The notes beneath the pieces were generated by a model, which was not told the DNA's origin, did no database searches, and saw only the letters and a program-made list of their open reading frames with translations. A DNA stretch of 64,000 nucleotides. Source: a virus. Made by a program: the position numbers and the translations under genes. Positions 23,172 to 38,000 of this stretch are shown piece after piece; the stretch's first letter is position 1, and every line of letters begins with the position of its first letter. The stretch is from the IMG/VR virus record IMGVR_UViG_3300045988_012220, positions 38,228 to 102,227 of that record. One strand, 5' to 3'.

Positions 23172-26100
23172 TAATAATACATTCGTAAATAGCTTTGTGA
23201 CAGGAATAGATAGTGATAGCTCTTTAGATAGAGTAAAAAACACTAGTTACCTAGAAGCTAAGAACATTAGAGTGTTATCCTTTGATTCCGCAAACCAACA
23301 CGGTTCTATTAAACCTATAAACGGAATAAAGTAGGTTGGATCGATAAAGGATGAAAAGGTAGAGAGAATATTGGCTACAGGAGCAGTACGAGATAGAGGT
23401 GTAATTATATACATATCAGAGAAGAGAGGTAAACCAGAGTTCTGTATATCCTGCTTTGATAATAAAATTGGACAAGATAGTGATACAGACAACTCTGTAA
23501 ATGAGATATAGACTATATCTAACATATTTAGATCAGAGTTGATAGATTGGCCTACAGATAGATCTAAGTGGCCTAAGAATGTATCTATTACGTTTAAGTA
23601 TGAAGGTGACGATAATATTAAATTATATGTTGCTACTGGATTTAACCCTATAATGGTGTTTAACATAGCTAAATTGTATAGCTACAACAATACATCATTC
23701 AATACAGTTTAGTCTTATCCAAAGATTATATTTCAGAAGCCTAAGTTTGTTAAGTATGTAGATGGAACCCTTAAGACATCTTATGTAAGCTACTCGTACT
23801 AGATATACAGTAATCACGGAGTATCTACTGATATTTCCCCAGCTTGTTAGTCTATACCTGTTATTAATGTTCCTTCAGACAGAACTGATGTGTTAGGAAT
23901 AAAAACAGATTAGTTTGACAAGAAAACAAACTGCGGTGTTTAGATTCTTATTAAGCCAGAGACTGATTATTCTTTTCTTAACAGAATAAAGATATATAGA
24001 ATCTCAGTACAGATTAATGGTTAGTTACCAACTATTGAGGTTATATACGATTCTGCATACGAGCCAAATAGAAATGGAGATTTCTTTGTAAACGATACTG
24101 GTCAGCAAGCTCTGGATACTATAACAATAGAAGAGTACAACAGTATGTCTGGAGTACATATTATTCCAAAGGTTATAGAAAGTAAGGATAACATATTGTT
24201 CGCTGCAAACATACAAGAAAGATCAACCTTTATAGATACGGAACTTTTTAAGAAGTGGGATGCCAGATCATTTAGAGCTAATGGACAAGGATAGATAATA
24301 TTACAAAATACGTCCGGAAATCAAAAGGTAACATACAAATGGTCTGAGCTTAATGAATTATCTATAAGTAATGGGTACATAGAAAAGGATTCTTATAACC
24401 CATACAACGATGTAAACAAACAGTATTATCTTAGTGATTCGTACTGTATATATGACAAAGATAATTTCTACGGAGGAACAGGAGTAAATGTTTCCTGGAG
24501 ATTTACGGTTACATATATTCCTATTGATACTTGTAGTACTACTGGATCTAATGAGATTGGAACAATGTGGAATGTCCTTAAGGTTAAGAATACGCAGGAT
24601 AGACCAATTCTTTATTTCATTAACAAGGATGGGCTTTAGAAAGCCGATATCGAGATATCTACAGAAGAGGGTAGAATTAATAACTCGTGGGTAACAAAGT
24701 CCCTTAAACGAAACGAATTGTACAGATATGGTATTATATTGTACGATTCTACTGGAAGTCCTAGTCCTGTTAAATGGATAGCAGATATTCGTACACCAAA
24801 CCTGTATGATAAGTATTTTAATACATTTATATCTCACTACAATAATATGTATGATCTTGCATCTATTCCACTTGGTATTGCATTCAATGTTAAAAATTTG
24901 CCAGAAGGATGTACAGGATATGAGATTGTAAGATGCTAGAGAAGAGAGTAGGATATAGCTTCAATAGCGCAGGGTGTTATTAGTAAGCCAATAGTTGGAT
25001 ATAGTACACCTGAATGCCATAGGCCAGATAGAACTACATACTTCCCTACAGGATTACTTACAACAGCAATGGTGGCCCAAGGATCAATATTTAAGTATTT
25101 TACAGAGAATTATAATCCTGCTAACGATGGTAAAAAAGTAGATGCGATCCAAGCTGCTGGTAAAGTATGTGCATCAAATTTTGGTAATACATAGATATTC
25201 TAGTTTGTATCAGCTGAAACAACTTATTAGCCAGAGTCTGTAAAGGTGCTTACAAATAACAAAGATTTCAAGTTAGAGCCCCTTAGATATATTTTTGGTC
25301 AAAGCGGAAAGTTCTAGAAAGAAAAGCATATTGGAAACAAATATTTCATGAGCCCTGGTATTTCAAATACCAATATATATACAAAGCCAGATTAGACTAA
25401 TGATGGTAAATCCTATGAATGGAAATACTATACTAATAAGAGTGGTGGCGGATACACTGATTACCAATACAAGTCTTCTCCATACATTCTTAAGATGCTT
25501 ACAGCACATTTGAAAACAATGTACTACAAAGCTGATGTATCAGATAAGATGTGGACATGTTTAAGCCCTGGTAAGATAGATGAGAATATTAAGTATTCTG
25601 GATCTGATATGAACAAAATAGATGATAAGGTTTTTGCTTACATAAAACTGTATGAACAGGGATGTTCGTTAAGAACAAGGGTATGCGGGACAACTGATCA
25701 TCTTATTGATTACGGCCCAAGCTCAATGGACGAGCATATTGATAACAATACAAAACTTGCTGATATCGATGATATATAGATAGCTTCTGAGTTAAAATGG
25801 AATGAAGTAATTAAAAGAACATTCCTAGAAAAAGGCTCAAATTCAGATGTTAAAGAAAATGGTAAATGGTGGCCAACAATAGAATATAACAATCATATAG
25901 ATTCTGTAGGCAAATACTAGTTCTGCAATACTGTATTTTATGGATGTGATGGAGCTGTTATAGATAGAGGAGGAATTGAAGGAGATGATAACACAACAAT
26001 TGCACACGATATGGTAGATGGTGCAGATTAGGGTGATGTTATAGGAGATGATAATCCCGGATATATCCTAAGATTCCCATTTAGTACTGGAGGTAGATGC

Positions 26101-27810
26101 GCTTTGTTATCAATGAAAAATGATTGCGCAAATATGTTGTTCAATAGTATTATTGGAGCATAGTCTTATTATAAAAACGTTGATAATAATCTATAGGAAT
26201 TCAATTCTTTTTCAAGTTACTACAAGGTCAACATTAATAGTATTCCAGGAACTGTGTTGTGCAATATAAGAAAAACAGTAACTCCATATGATGGGTGTAC
26301 AGAGAAATCAATAACTGCTAGTACATATAGATCTGATGGTCAGTTCTTTACAAAAGAAAATGAATGGAATGCAGTATTCGATGGAGATACTTATATATCT
26401 GTACTTGATTACACATCAATGCATAAAGCTACTTGCAACTTCTTGAAAGGAAAGGATGATAGGGCTAGTAGAGATTATAGTGATTATAGGTCACCTTCAA
26501 TGATGCTTGGATATGCCATACCGGTAGAATCTAATATAAATTGCAGATTTGCATATGGCTACGAATTCTCAAAGAACTCTACAAATGAAGGGGCATCTAT
26601 GATTTAGATTGAGCCTGCTAATGTAAACAATATGTATACTCAAACTGAGCCAGAATACTTGTTTAACACAACATATGCTGCAGAAAACAATAGTAGAATT
26701 CACGCTGCTTTTGATACTACAAATATAGAAGACTTTAATAAGAATGTTGACTATATGTGTAGATATTCTATGTTAAAAGAAGACAATGAGCACATTGATA
26801 GCTGGACTAAGTTTTAGAGCTCAAACTATCTTGATGTAGATAGTAAGTATGGCAAAATAACTGGTTTGAGAACATATAAACAATGGCTTGTATTCTGGTA
26901 GCAGATGGCTACAGGCTTATTGTCTGTCAATGAAAGAGCTATAACAGATAGCACTAATGGAACACAGCTTATTCTTGGTACTGGTGGAGTGCTTAGTAGA
27001 TATGATTATCTAGATCAAACAACTGGTATGCATAATGACGAGTTATGTGATACTTAGTCTAGTTCTACATTGTACTGGTTTGATCACCATAATCAAGAGG
27101 TTAGATCATTTGATGGTTAGGGTGTATATCCTTTAAGTAAGGCGTTATAGGCTTAGAATATATTGTACAAGTATTAGAATAAAGATTCTAATCCATCGTT
27201 ATTCTTTGATAATAGAAACAACGAAGTTATATGCAAAGTAATTGGAGACGACTCATTTGTATATAATGAAGCTGCAAAAGCATTCCCTTCAATCTACACA
27301 ATACCGTTTGATGGTTCTATACAGTTTAGCAATAAAACATTATTGGTAAAGAATATAAACGGAGATATAAAGATTGCATAGTGGGATGCAGATAATAAAT
27401 ATACAACATCTTGGGAAGAGGAAATATTGCCAACATATATCAAGTATGTTGTAAATAGTGTTCCTACAGCGACTAAAGTGTTTGATAATCAAGAGATAAT
27501 TACACCTCAAGACGAGTTCTAGTATATCGATATAAAGGACGATAAGAAAGATAGAGATTCTTATTTCGGCTTATCTAAACAATATAAATGGTCTACAGAC
27601 TCTGGTATGAAGGCAGAGGATGACTTACATGGAAAGATAACTATAAGAGAGCATAATTATAGATATGCTATTCCTAGAGATACTAGAGCAAATGCTTATG
27701 GTTCAAGAATGAGAGGTAAATATCTTGTGTGCGAAATGTAGGATAATAAGCCAAATACTAATGTTGCTATACAGTATATATTAACTAAATTTAGAGCATC
27801 ATGGATTTAA
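23149..27810 (+). CDS. large tail / tail-hub-type structural protein (1,553 aa)
   Basis: ATG 23149, TAA 27808-27810. Every codon was written out: 33 TAGs, no TAA/TGA. It joins track ORFs 23149-23334, 24718-24939, 25495-25779, 26254-26607 and 26632-26817, all in one frame. Confidence 0.8.
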
Positions 27811-28718
27811 GATAGAGAAAAAGAATAAATAACGTTCCAAGATATAAAAGTGGAGCCGATCTTAACTAGAAAGTTGGATTCACTGGACAATCTTAGCAGG
27901 ATGTAGCTAATGATTTAACTAGCATGATTGGTAGTAATGCTCCAGTTGGATCTGTTGTAGCTGGATCTGGTAGCAGTAGTCCATCTTTTAACATTGGATA
28001 GATGGCTCCTAGTAAATGGAACAATAATGGCGGACTAAACACTTCTTCTGCTGCTGGATCTATTATGGGTCAAGTAGGAAATGCTTTTGGTGGAGCGTTT
28101 GATTAGAGCTCTAAATTTACTAATGGCGCATCAAAATCTCTTGGCTAGTTCGGAGATCTTGCTTCGAAGATACCAGGTCCATATGGATAGGCTATAGGGG
28201 GAGTATTTAAGCTTGCTTCAAACTATTCTGGAATGGCAAATTATAGTCACGATAGTTCCGAGATGATGAACTAGGCAGGAACAACAGAAAGTTCAATAAA
28301 TGGTATAGGATACACAAGGCAGAATGTAACTGATACAAAAGCTGCTTATAATGATGTGTCAAAGACTGGTTTAAATAACACAATATCTAGTACTGGAACA
28401 GGTGCAGCTACAGGAGCAGCTATAGGCTCAATTATTCCTGGCTTAGGAACAGTAGCAGGAGGTATAATTGGAGGCATTATAGGTGGCATAGGAAGCTTAT
28501 TTGGAGCAAGAAAAGCTAGAAGAAGATAGAATAGGATTGGAAGAAACGCCATAATATAGACTGATGTTATAAATTCAGCTAATATGGCTTCAGCTGATAC
28601 TATTGGATTAGAAAATAATTATTACGCAAATAATTATGACACAACTGGTGGTATTCTGTATGCCAATAGAGGAAAAGATTTAAAATTAAGAAAACGAATT
28701 AATAGAGCTAAGGTATGA
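27801..28718 (+). CDS. Gly-rich membrane-active tail/ejection candidate (305 aa)
   Basis: ATG 27801 overlaps the end of the upstream gene. TGA 28716-28718, 10 in-frame TAGs (checked). It has a glycine-zipper-like hydrophobic segment GAAIGSIIPGLGTVAGGIIGGIIGGIGSLFGA. Confidence 0.65.
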
Positions 28719-30595
28719 TAAAATAGAAAGTATGGACGCCTAACGGTTATTAGGTTGGTCCAACTAACAGTATGGTAGGTAAAGGTGAGTCAATTATAGA
28801 CTATACAAACGGTACCGGTACACTTGTAACTAAGGGAAAGGTTGGCGTAGATAATCAGCCTAGCTCTGTTAGACAAGACGACAGAAATGTTATAGCTGGC
28901 AATGATATAGACTGGACTAACGGTGTGAAATTTTCACAACAGATAGCTCCTCTTACAGCTAAATTACAGATGTATAATGACATTGAAAAGAAGGCTAATA
29001 AAAAACCTGGAATGAGCTCATTATCAAAGTAGACAATGTAGCTTCAAGCTGCCCAATTAGAGCGCGCTAAAGCCCCTATTTTGCAAGCTATGAAGAATAT
29101 TACAGACAGATAGGAGAAGTAGCATTAGATCGAAGATTACGCTGCTTAGTTTAAGGCTAATTGTGGCAAAGATAGATTCGCTAATGGAAAGAGCATGTGG
29201 GAAGGAGTGAAGGACTCTTTTAATAACTGGACTAAAGCTGGTAAAGGAAAAGTATCAAATGCTATGCTTGATACAGGCTATATGATTCCTGCTGTTCTTG
29301 AAAAGCAAATGCTTAATCATTGGATGAAAGAAAATCCATTGATGCCAAACATTTATGCAGCAAATAGATATGGTTAGTCTGCTTTACAGACACTTAATAG
29401 ATTGAGAGTTAATCCTTACAATTAGTTGTAGGCTCTTAATCAGAATGATAGAGCTGCATATTATAGAATGCAGTAGGATGGTGGATATACTGGAGGATAG
29501 AGACAGGCTGGTAGAGTAGCACTTGCTTTAGGTAATGCTAGAAATGTAGCAGATGTACTTAATAATACTGATTTACAAAATAATAAGTATAGACAAGATT
29601 GGGCTACTGCTGCATTAGCTGAAGGTAATCAAGATGCTGCTAGAAGACAAGCTGCCAACCAGTATGCATGGGAGGCTTATAATAGAGTACACGGTTCTAA
29701 AACTAAAGGTATAGAGACTCATTTATCAAATCTTGGTCTTATTGGTCAGAAGTGGTTGTCTCAACGTATTAAGAACAAGCAATACGGAGACATACTTGAT
29801 ATGTGCCAGTAGGATTTAGATAATAAGAATGCTGCTTTAAAAGCAATATACGGTATAGGAGCAGATGGTAACAAAGGTACAACTGGTAATACTGGCGACA
29901 CAAACAACTCTACAGGAAGTGGTGCAAATAATTCGTATACAAGACCAACTGGATAGCCATACGAAATGAATATGTACCAACGTAGCATTTAGCCGTAGGA
30001 AGATTGGCAGCAGAAAGCTATTTCTGACATCGGCAATTTACCTTTACCAAATTTACCATATTAGTATACAAACTACTTAGACACCATAGATTGGAATAAG
30101 TATTTTGAAGCTTAGAAAAAATACAACAAAATTATTAAAGGTAACAATGGTATCCCCAAATCTTCTTAGTATACGCATTATGACAGTTCCACTGCTACAC
30201 CGAATAATTATTTGTCTAATTTAATACCGCAAATGATACCAAATTTACCAGATAGTAGTAAATATATGCAAACGTACCAAAAGTACATGGGTATACCAAT
30301 GGATCAATTAAGAAAAAATTACAACAAATATCTTGGCGGTGATCTTTTTGCAGAAAATTCTAAAGAGCCACTTGGATTTACTAGAACAAGTACACCTGGC
30401 AACAAAGATACGATATAGAGATACGGATTTCCAATTGATAGAGATCAAATGATTAGGGGTCTTCTGTTATATAATAATAATTTTAAAGTTCCATCTTTAA
30501 TTCCATTTTAGCCTAATGGAACAGGACAAAGTGATAGGTTACCTGGATTTTATATAAATAAGAGAAACAGAACCAATTTTTATACAGGTATTTAA
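28715..30595 (+). CDS. tail/ejection-module protein, unknown function (626 aa)
   Basis: The ATG at 28715 overlaps the previous TGA (ATGA). TAA 30593-30595, about 22 in-frame TAGs (checked). It joins track ORFs 28772-29032, 29195-29377 and 30212-30418. Confidence 0.75.
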
Positions 30596-30597
30596 TT

Positions 30598-32049
30598 ATG
30601 ATAGGAATGTATGACGAACCAGTAGCGGTCCCTATTATAGACCTACTGGACAGCAATATGATGTCGTAGTACATCAGTGCTGCAAGAGAACAATATAACT
30701 AGGCTATACAGGACCAAAAAGAGTTTGCTAAGGAATTTGGTGATCTGTATAGTCCTAGTCCAGAGCTTAATAAAGCATATTACGATTAGACTAAGGGTAG
30801 GGTAAACAAAGCTATTGACTATATGTATTAGAATGGTATAGACCCTCTTAGATCAGCAGAAGGTAGAGCATATATAGCTAAGATTATTAGAGAAACTCCT
30901 TATGATAAGATCTCTAAATGGAAAACAGATGCTGATAATATGAAGACATTCTAGAAGGCTGCAGCATCAATGGTAGCAGAAGGAAAACTTACCCAAGATT
31001 AGCTTAATTGGCAAATGTAGAAATATGGGTTGGATTATGATAAATTTGACCCATATACATAGAATTGGAACACTTTGGCACCTACAAAAATGGACACTCT
31101 CGAAGATCTTACAAAGATTCCATACAGCGTACTTAAACCAAGTAATCTTACATAGAAGCAAGTTGAATCTATGGGTTACAAGTATGATCCAAAGAATGAT
31201 TATACAGGTATCACAGACTAGATGATTATTGATACAGCTGGCAAAGCTATTCCGTCTGTTATGTCTACGGCTGCTGGTGAATATTATTATGATAAAGCTA
31301 AACAGTAGTTACAGTAGGCTGGTGTAACTAATCCTACAGATGACTAGATTAAGCAGCAATTATAGGGTACTGTGGCACAACTTTGGGAAGGTAAGAAGAA
31401 TATAGCATGGGATCCTAACAAGTATTCATTGCTCAACTATTAGAATATACTTGCTGATTAGCTTGATGCTAAGAAGTCTGCTAGAGACCTCGCTAGTCAA
31501 AAAGCACTTTTGGATTACAAGTATGCTGATGACGTTAGAAGATCTGTTAATAATATTGGCAGTAGTTCTTCTGGAAGTAATTATAAAACTATATTTGACA
31601 CTGCTAGAGAATAGCCTTATACTCCAGTATCAACATCAATAGATGATCTTAGAGCTAATGGTGTAACGCTTGCAGACCCAGATGCTCGATGGGATGAATA
31701 CACGTAGTCTCAGTCGTAGGGTGATAGCAATAATAAATAGACACAATCTACCAAATAGCAGATTATTACTGTTAATGATGGACAATATGTAGCTAGATCT
31801 GGAGCATTTAGAAAATTAAATGAAGGCAGGTCTAATAGAGTAAACTATGGACTTTATAAGAAACCTGGAAGAAAGATTACAGCAACGGTAACATCTGGTC
31901 CTACATATAACAAAAAGCTTGGTAAGTATTACATTAAAGCTAATGTTGTATCAGTAAACAATAATCAATCAGCTGGAACAGTTGGACAAACAATCTGGGT
32001 TGAAGTTAAACCTGGATATATAGGAAAAGCACCTAACAAAGCAAATTAA
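30598..32049 (+). CDS. tail/ejection-module protein, unknown function (483 aa)
   Basis: ATG 30598, TAA 32047-32049. Every codon was written out: 21 TAGs, no TAA/TGA. The ORF track reports nothing in this frame because no TAG-free stretch of 60 aa or more exists. Confidence 0.75.
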
Positions 32050-32056
32050 TTAAATT

Positions 32057-35000
32057 ATGGCAAATTACAATTTACTTAAGTCCCCAGCAGAGGACTATTT
32101 TAGAGGGTAGGCTAAAAAATTTGGTACAACATTACCAAATCAACGCAAATCCGTTCCTAATAAAAGGACTTAGGCTAATGTACCAAGTTATATATCAAGA
32201 CAATCTGGTTCAAGATTAGAATCTGATATAATGCCGCATGGAGATTGGTATAAGCCTAGTCAAAAATCTATTCAGAGATAGAAAAACGCTATAGCTGAAT
32301 ATGACTGGAATAAACATATTGACAGCTTATACAAGCAGCAAGAAAGATCAAATAGGCAAAAGATCGATGCTCAAGACGACTCGGAAGGCTTACTTTCTGA
32401 CACAGAGAAAGAGAAGCAATCTAAACTCGAAGAAGATGCCCTTCATCAGGAATATTTAAAGAGTCCGCTGCATGCAATATTCGGTTCTATGGGTTCTCCT
32501 TTGACCGGATCTTATGATGGTCTTGGAGAAACATTATTTAATATTGGATAGAGAGCTGGTCTGTTCTCTGCTTAGTCTAGCGATCTTGGAATAGAAAGCA
32601 CAAAGGGTAAGATTGCTCTCGCGCAAACAGACCAAGCTAAAGCAGATGCGTGGGCTAAACGAGAGCGATTAAAAAGAGATTTAAAATCAAAAGAAGATCA
32701 GTGGAACTATCTTAAAGCTAATCCTAAAGCTTAGGTTAAAGGTGATGCGTGGAAGGATACATATCTTCTCGGATAGGATCTTCTTAAGACTTACGATTAG
32801 TTATAGGATAAAGACCTTAATGAATTAGCAGACGCGTACAAAGCTACATGGATGAAAGATCACACATCTATGTGGGAAGGGTTCTAGGCTGCTGTAACAA
32901 AGATGTTCGCTTCTACAAATGATACATTTGATGGTACTGGTAGATCCAAAGAACAAATGGCTAAAGATTGGCTTGATAATTATAATAAATAGTTGTCTGA
33001 TAGATTCGAGAAAGCTCATCAAGGAATGAGTTTGGATCAAAAAGAGATTGAAGCTAATCAATTTAAAGCTAAACGCGAACAGGATCTCAAGGATTATAAA
33101 GAAACTCTTGATGACCAAATGCGTAGAGCTTCTAAATGGAAGAAGTTCTGGAACGTCAGCAAACATGCTGAGAATCTTGCAAACATACATGCTAATGATG
33201 ACCTTTTAACACCAGATTATTGGTTATGGAATTTACCGCAGCAAATGGGTTCTTCTTGGTCTTCAGACACAGGTAATATTGGTAATCTTATCACAACGGC
33301 TGGTACTATTGGTTCTTTTGCTTTAGGCGCAGCTGGACATCCAGAAGCTGGTTTTGCTTTGTACAACGCCGCTAATGCAGCAGCACTCCCATTTAACTTA
33401 CAAGGTGCATAGGATGAGAACTACGCTGAAATTGCTCAGCGTTGGACATAGAACTACCAATAGAATCTCAACAAATACGAAGTATAGGAAGCGTTCGGTA
33501 AAGCTTAGGGTATTTCTGCATCATATAAAGACTTGCAGAAGCAATCTGTAAAGTTCGCGATATAGAATGGTATGTCTAAAGATGATGCTGAAAAGAGGTA
33601 TGATTTAAAAACGCAGCAAGGTAAAGAAAAAGTTCTCGGAGACTATTTGATGGGCATTACTAAGAGTAACGACCAACGTTTGTCTAAAGCTAAGCTTGGC
33701 ACCACAAAGGGTCTTGAGCAGTAGTTTATGATAGATAATGCTAGAACCATGGGTACTGAAGTTGTGCAAAATGTTATATCATACGTACAGCCTGGTAATA
33801 GTCTTTCTAATCTATATCGACAAGCTGTATATAAACTTCCAACAACCAAACTTGGTGCCAAACTTGCTACAAGTAAAGCTGGTAGACTTGTAATAGGAAC
33901 AGACTACGCTCTTGCTGGTCTTAACGGAGCTGTTGAAAGTAAATTTGCACAGGCTGGGCAGTATATTAATTCTCTTACAAGTACAGCTGGCAAAACTGGA
34001 GCGAAGATTGGTTCTACAACAATGGATATTCTTGGTGGTGGTGTTCTTGGACACTATGTTGGTGCTGGAGTTGGTGCTGCCGCAGGAGAAGTTGCTAGAG
34101 GAGTAAAGGGGCTTGCAAAAGAAATTATGCCTCAGGCTCTTAAAGATGCTGGCGTAATGGCTGGAGAGGCTATATCCAAGAAAGCTGAAGCCTTAGCAAC
34201 AATGGTTGGCGCTAAAACATTAAAAAGGAAATTGTTAAAGGCGGCAGTTAAAAACCCTAACACAATGACTGTTTTAAAGATGCTCAAAAAATACGGAATT
34301 AATACTGTTAGAAGCGGATTGATAGACAGAGCATCTGAGGGTAATGAAGAAATTGTACAGCAGTTGAATGCTAATGCTGCTGAAGAATTTGCTAAGACAT
34401 ATGGATACGGATCAGCCGATTTGCTTAGTCTTGCGTTCCAGGATATGGCTTATAGTAAAGAGGTGTCAGACTTCTATAAAGGTATGTTCGGCCTTGGTGA
34501 GTCTGAGCTTTACAACGATATGGAGATGTTGTCGAACTGGCGAGGCGGTTTTGCTATGGGTGGTATGCACCCTATGGTAGCCATGAACATTTATCACGCT
34601 GTTAACGACATTAAGAATACTGTACAAGTAAAAGACGCCATAATGCATAGTGCACTTCTTGATAGAGAACAAGGAAAGATGAATAGAGCTAGTAATGCTG
34701 TCATCTCAGACCAGATCTCTAAGGGAAGATATAATTAGTTAACTACAGAAATACAGTAGCTCAGAGAAGCTGATTTGAAGCGAGAGAGACCGCGTTTCGG
34801 TGAACAATATTGGAATGACTTACAGTCTAATGTGGAACGTATTTCTGCTCTCGTAAACAATAAATAGATTGAGCAACAATATCGCCTTAAAGGTATCAAC
34901 AAAGGCACAGAGCAATACAATGTAGCTATAGCTGATAGAGCTAATATCGAGCAATAGTTAGCTGCCAATAGAAAAGCTCAGTAGGAAGCTGAAGTTAGGC

Positions 35001-38000
35001 TTCAGTAGATTTACGGACAGTAGGGTTATCAAAACCAGGTAGAATAGGCTGTAAATAGGCAGGAATAGTCAAGAGATCCTATGCTGACTGCTATAAATGC
35101 AGCTACAGCAAAGACTAAGGCTATTGAGTCTTACGTTAACAGAAAGGTAGAAGAGTATAAGAAGTCTCTTGATACAGCAGCTTTACCTCAAGAAGAAGTA
35201 GAAAAATCAGTAGCAAAATATAAAGAGTCAATTAAAGATGAGGCTAACGAATATGGTGAAAGATTTGTAGAAAATTCTTAGAAGGAAGAGCACACTAGGC
35301 ACGTAAATAACTTCCAGAGAAATTCTGAAGCTCACAATAGAATGAAAGCATTGCTTACACTTAAGGCTAAGATGAACTCTATTGATGATATATTTAAGTT
35401 TGCTCACGATAAGCTTGGATTAAAGACCGTTAGACCTGATGCTAAATTGCTGTCAGCAAATATAGATAAACAAATTTCTCGTGCAAAGCAAAGTTTGGCT
35501 AAAGCTTATAAGAATTTTGACGAGAAGTCTACCGATGAACAGACATTGCAATTCTTGAACAACTTTAGCGAATCTATTGGATTTAATGATAATGAGATCC
35601 AGGAGCTCGAACAAGCTAAGGCCATGTATACAGCTAATGAATCATTACTTAACTCTACATTATCAATTCATACAGAAGGTGTTACACGTGATGATAATGG
35701 TAATCTTGAGTATAATCCAGATGAGCTTAGATATCAGAGAAAGCAGGCTGAGTTAAAGTAGAAGCTTGGTGATAAATACAAGCCAGAAGAGCATACTAGA
35801 GCTGCAGCTAAAGATGGATCAAAGAGTAAGCTTAATGAACGTATCACAAAGATTATTGATGCAAATAAACAGAATGAAAATATCGACTGGATGTTGTCTG
35901 ATATATATTCTGGAGACGCTGTAACAAAGCTTACAGAGGATTACTAGAATGATATGCTTAAAGCTGCCGAGGAAGATATAAAAGACATTAATACTCAAGC
36001 CAAATAGGCTGTAGACCCAACAGAAACTTAGCAAAAGCATGTAGCTACTACAGAGGAATTACAGAAACATGCTGAAGAATATAAGCGTCGTAGAGATAAA
36101 GCTAGAGAGCATTATAGAAAGAAGCGTAAGGCTAGAAGGAATAAAGCAAGGGTATCATTCTTACTTGGTTTTGATGAACTCGCAATGCAGTCATTCGATG
36201 GGCTTATGGAAAACGCAAAGGTTGGCTTCTATAAGTTTGAGTAGCTCTACAATGATATAAAAACTATTCTTCAAGAAGAGACTGGATAGGATGGTGGGCC
36301 TTCGGTATTAGCTTTAGCAAAGGCGATGTATATTCGTCATTATCTTACATCTACACGTAAAGAAAAGGAGAATATGAATACTCCTATAGATGTACAATCT
36401 TATGGAGCACAGGTTGCCACACATGCTTCTCAAGATACATCGTTCGATGGATATAGAAAGGCTTTAAAGCGTCAATAGAATAGAGCTATTATACATTGTT
36501 TTCACACAACAATAGCATACGACGATAATGGCGCTCTACATGTATTTGAAAATATAGACGAGATAGACAGACTTGAATATCAGTCTCATTATCCAGAAAT
36601 TGAGGAAAATGTAAATATCTCTGATAAATAGTAGATACTTGGATATCTTGCAGATAATACAGATAGGTTTGGGAATCAAGATTATTCTGATATAATTGAT
36701 ACAATATTTTCTCAGCCAAACAAAGAAGAATTATTATAGGGATTTGCGCATTATTTGGCATCAATAGATACAACTTATTTTAATTCTCAATCTATAAGAG
36801 ATGGAGAAACTATTAGAGAGCTTGCACAGGCTATAATGTTAGGAAATGACGACAGTTTTGCCGATGCACTGTTAGATAATCCGAATGGATTAGAAGATGC
36901 TAAGCAGTACGTTAAATCTGTTAGAGACAGAATGTTAAACGGCGGTCAGTATAGAGTGCTTGATACAGATATTCCTATTTATGGGTATGATGACAAAGGC
37001 AGAGCTATACAATCATAGGCAGATATTGTCCTTGTTGATAATGATGGATAGCTGCTTGTTGTAGATGTCAGGTCTTCATTTAAACCAGATCTAAAAACCA
37101 GAATGCTTGGTAATTAGAAGTCCAACGGTCGAGCTAAAGAAACAATGATCCAGCAGGAATAGAGATAGCTTCAAAGGTTAAATTAGGTTCTTTATGATAC
37201 ATTTGGCTCTAATATTGAAGGTACATACGTAATGCCATTCTATTACGATAGAACATCACGCGGAATTGCAGCAGAGCCTGTATTTAAAGTAGAAATGCTT
37301 GATTTTAACAAGCCTGTAACACCTTATTACAATAAGTCTAATGAAGATATATCTAATGAAGTTGTTAAACCTTTGTAGGATAAAGTAAATGAATTAAAGG
37401 AAGATTATCAGTAGTTGCTTGATAGTATCACAGAAGCTGGCGACAAGAAATACTCAGATTCTCATGCATTGCTTGATACATACAATATCTTTAAAGAAGG
37501 GTCAAATAAGGATGAATTATTGCTTCAGATGAGAGATCTTCACTCAGCTATAGAATCTATCCAGAGCTTAAAAGAAGACGCTTAGATGCGCTTAAATTAG
37601 CTCCTGTAGCCTAAATAGCACGAGAACACTGTGCCAGAATTCTACCCAGAAGATGCTTTTGATCACGTTATTGTAGATGAGCAATATTAGGCTGGTCTTG
37701 ATACAGTTCACGAAATCTGTAAGAAGCTTGATACGCTATTAAGTTCTATCACGGATCTTAACATTACGACAGCAGACGAACGAGCTCAAGTTAATGAACT
37801 CATTTACTCAATATATGATGCCTAGACAGCACTTGATCAATTCTACGGCAGCGATCAGTTTAAAGTTGGTGACACTCTTCCGGAGCAAAAACTTATAGCA
37901 GCTGCTATTAACAAGCTCGTAAACAATAGGATGATGTACGGAGATGCTGCAAATAAGGCTTTACAAATGTGGCAGTCTCAATTTGCATCCAATATTGGCA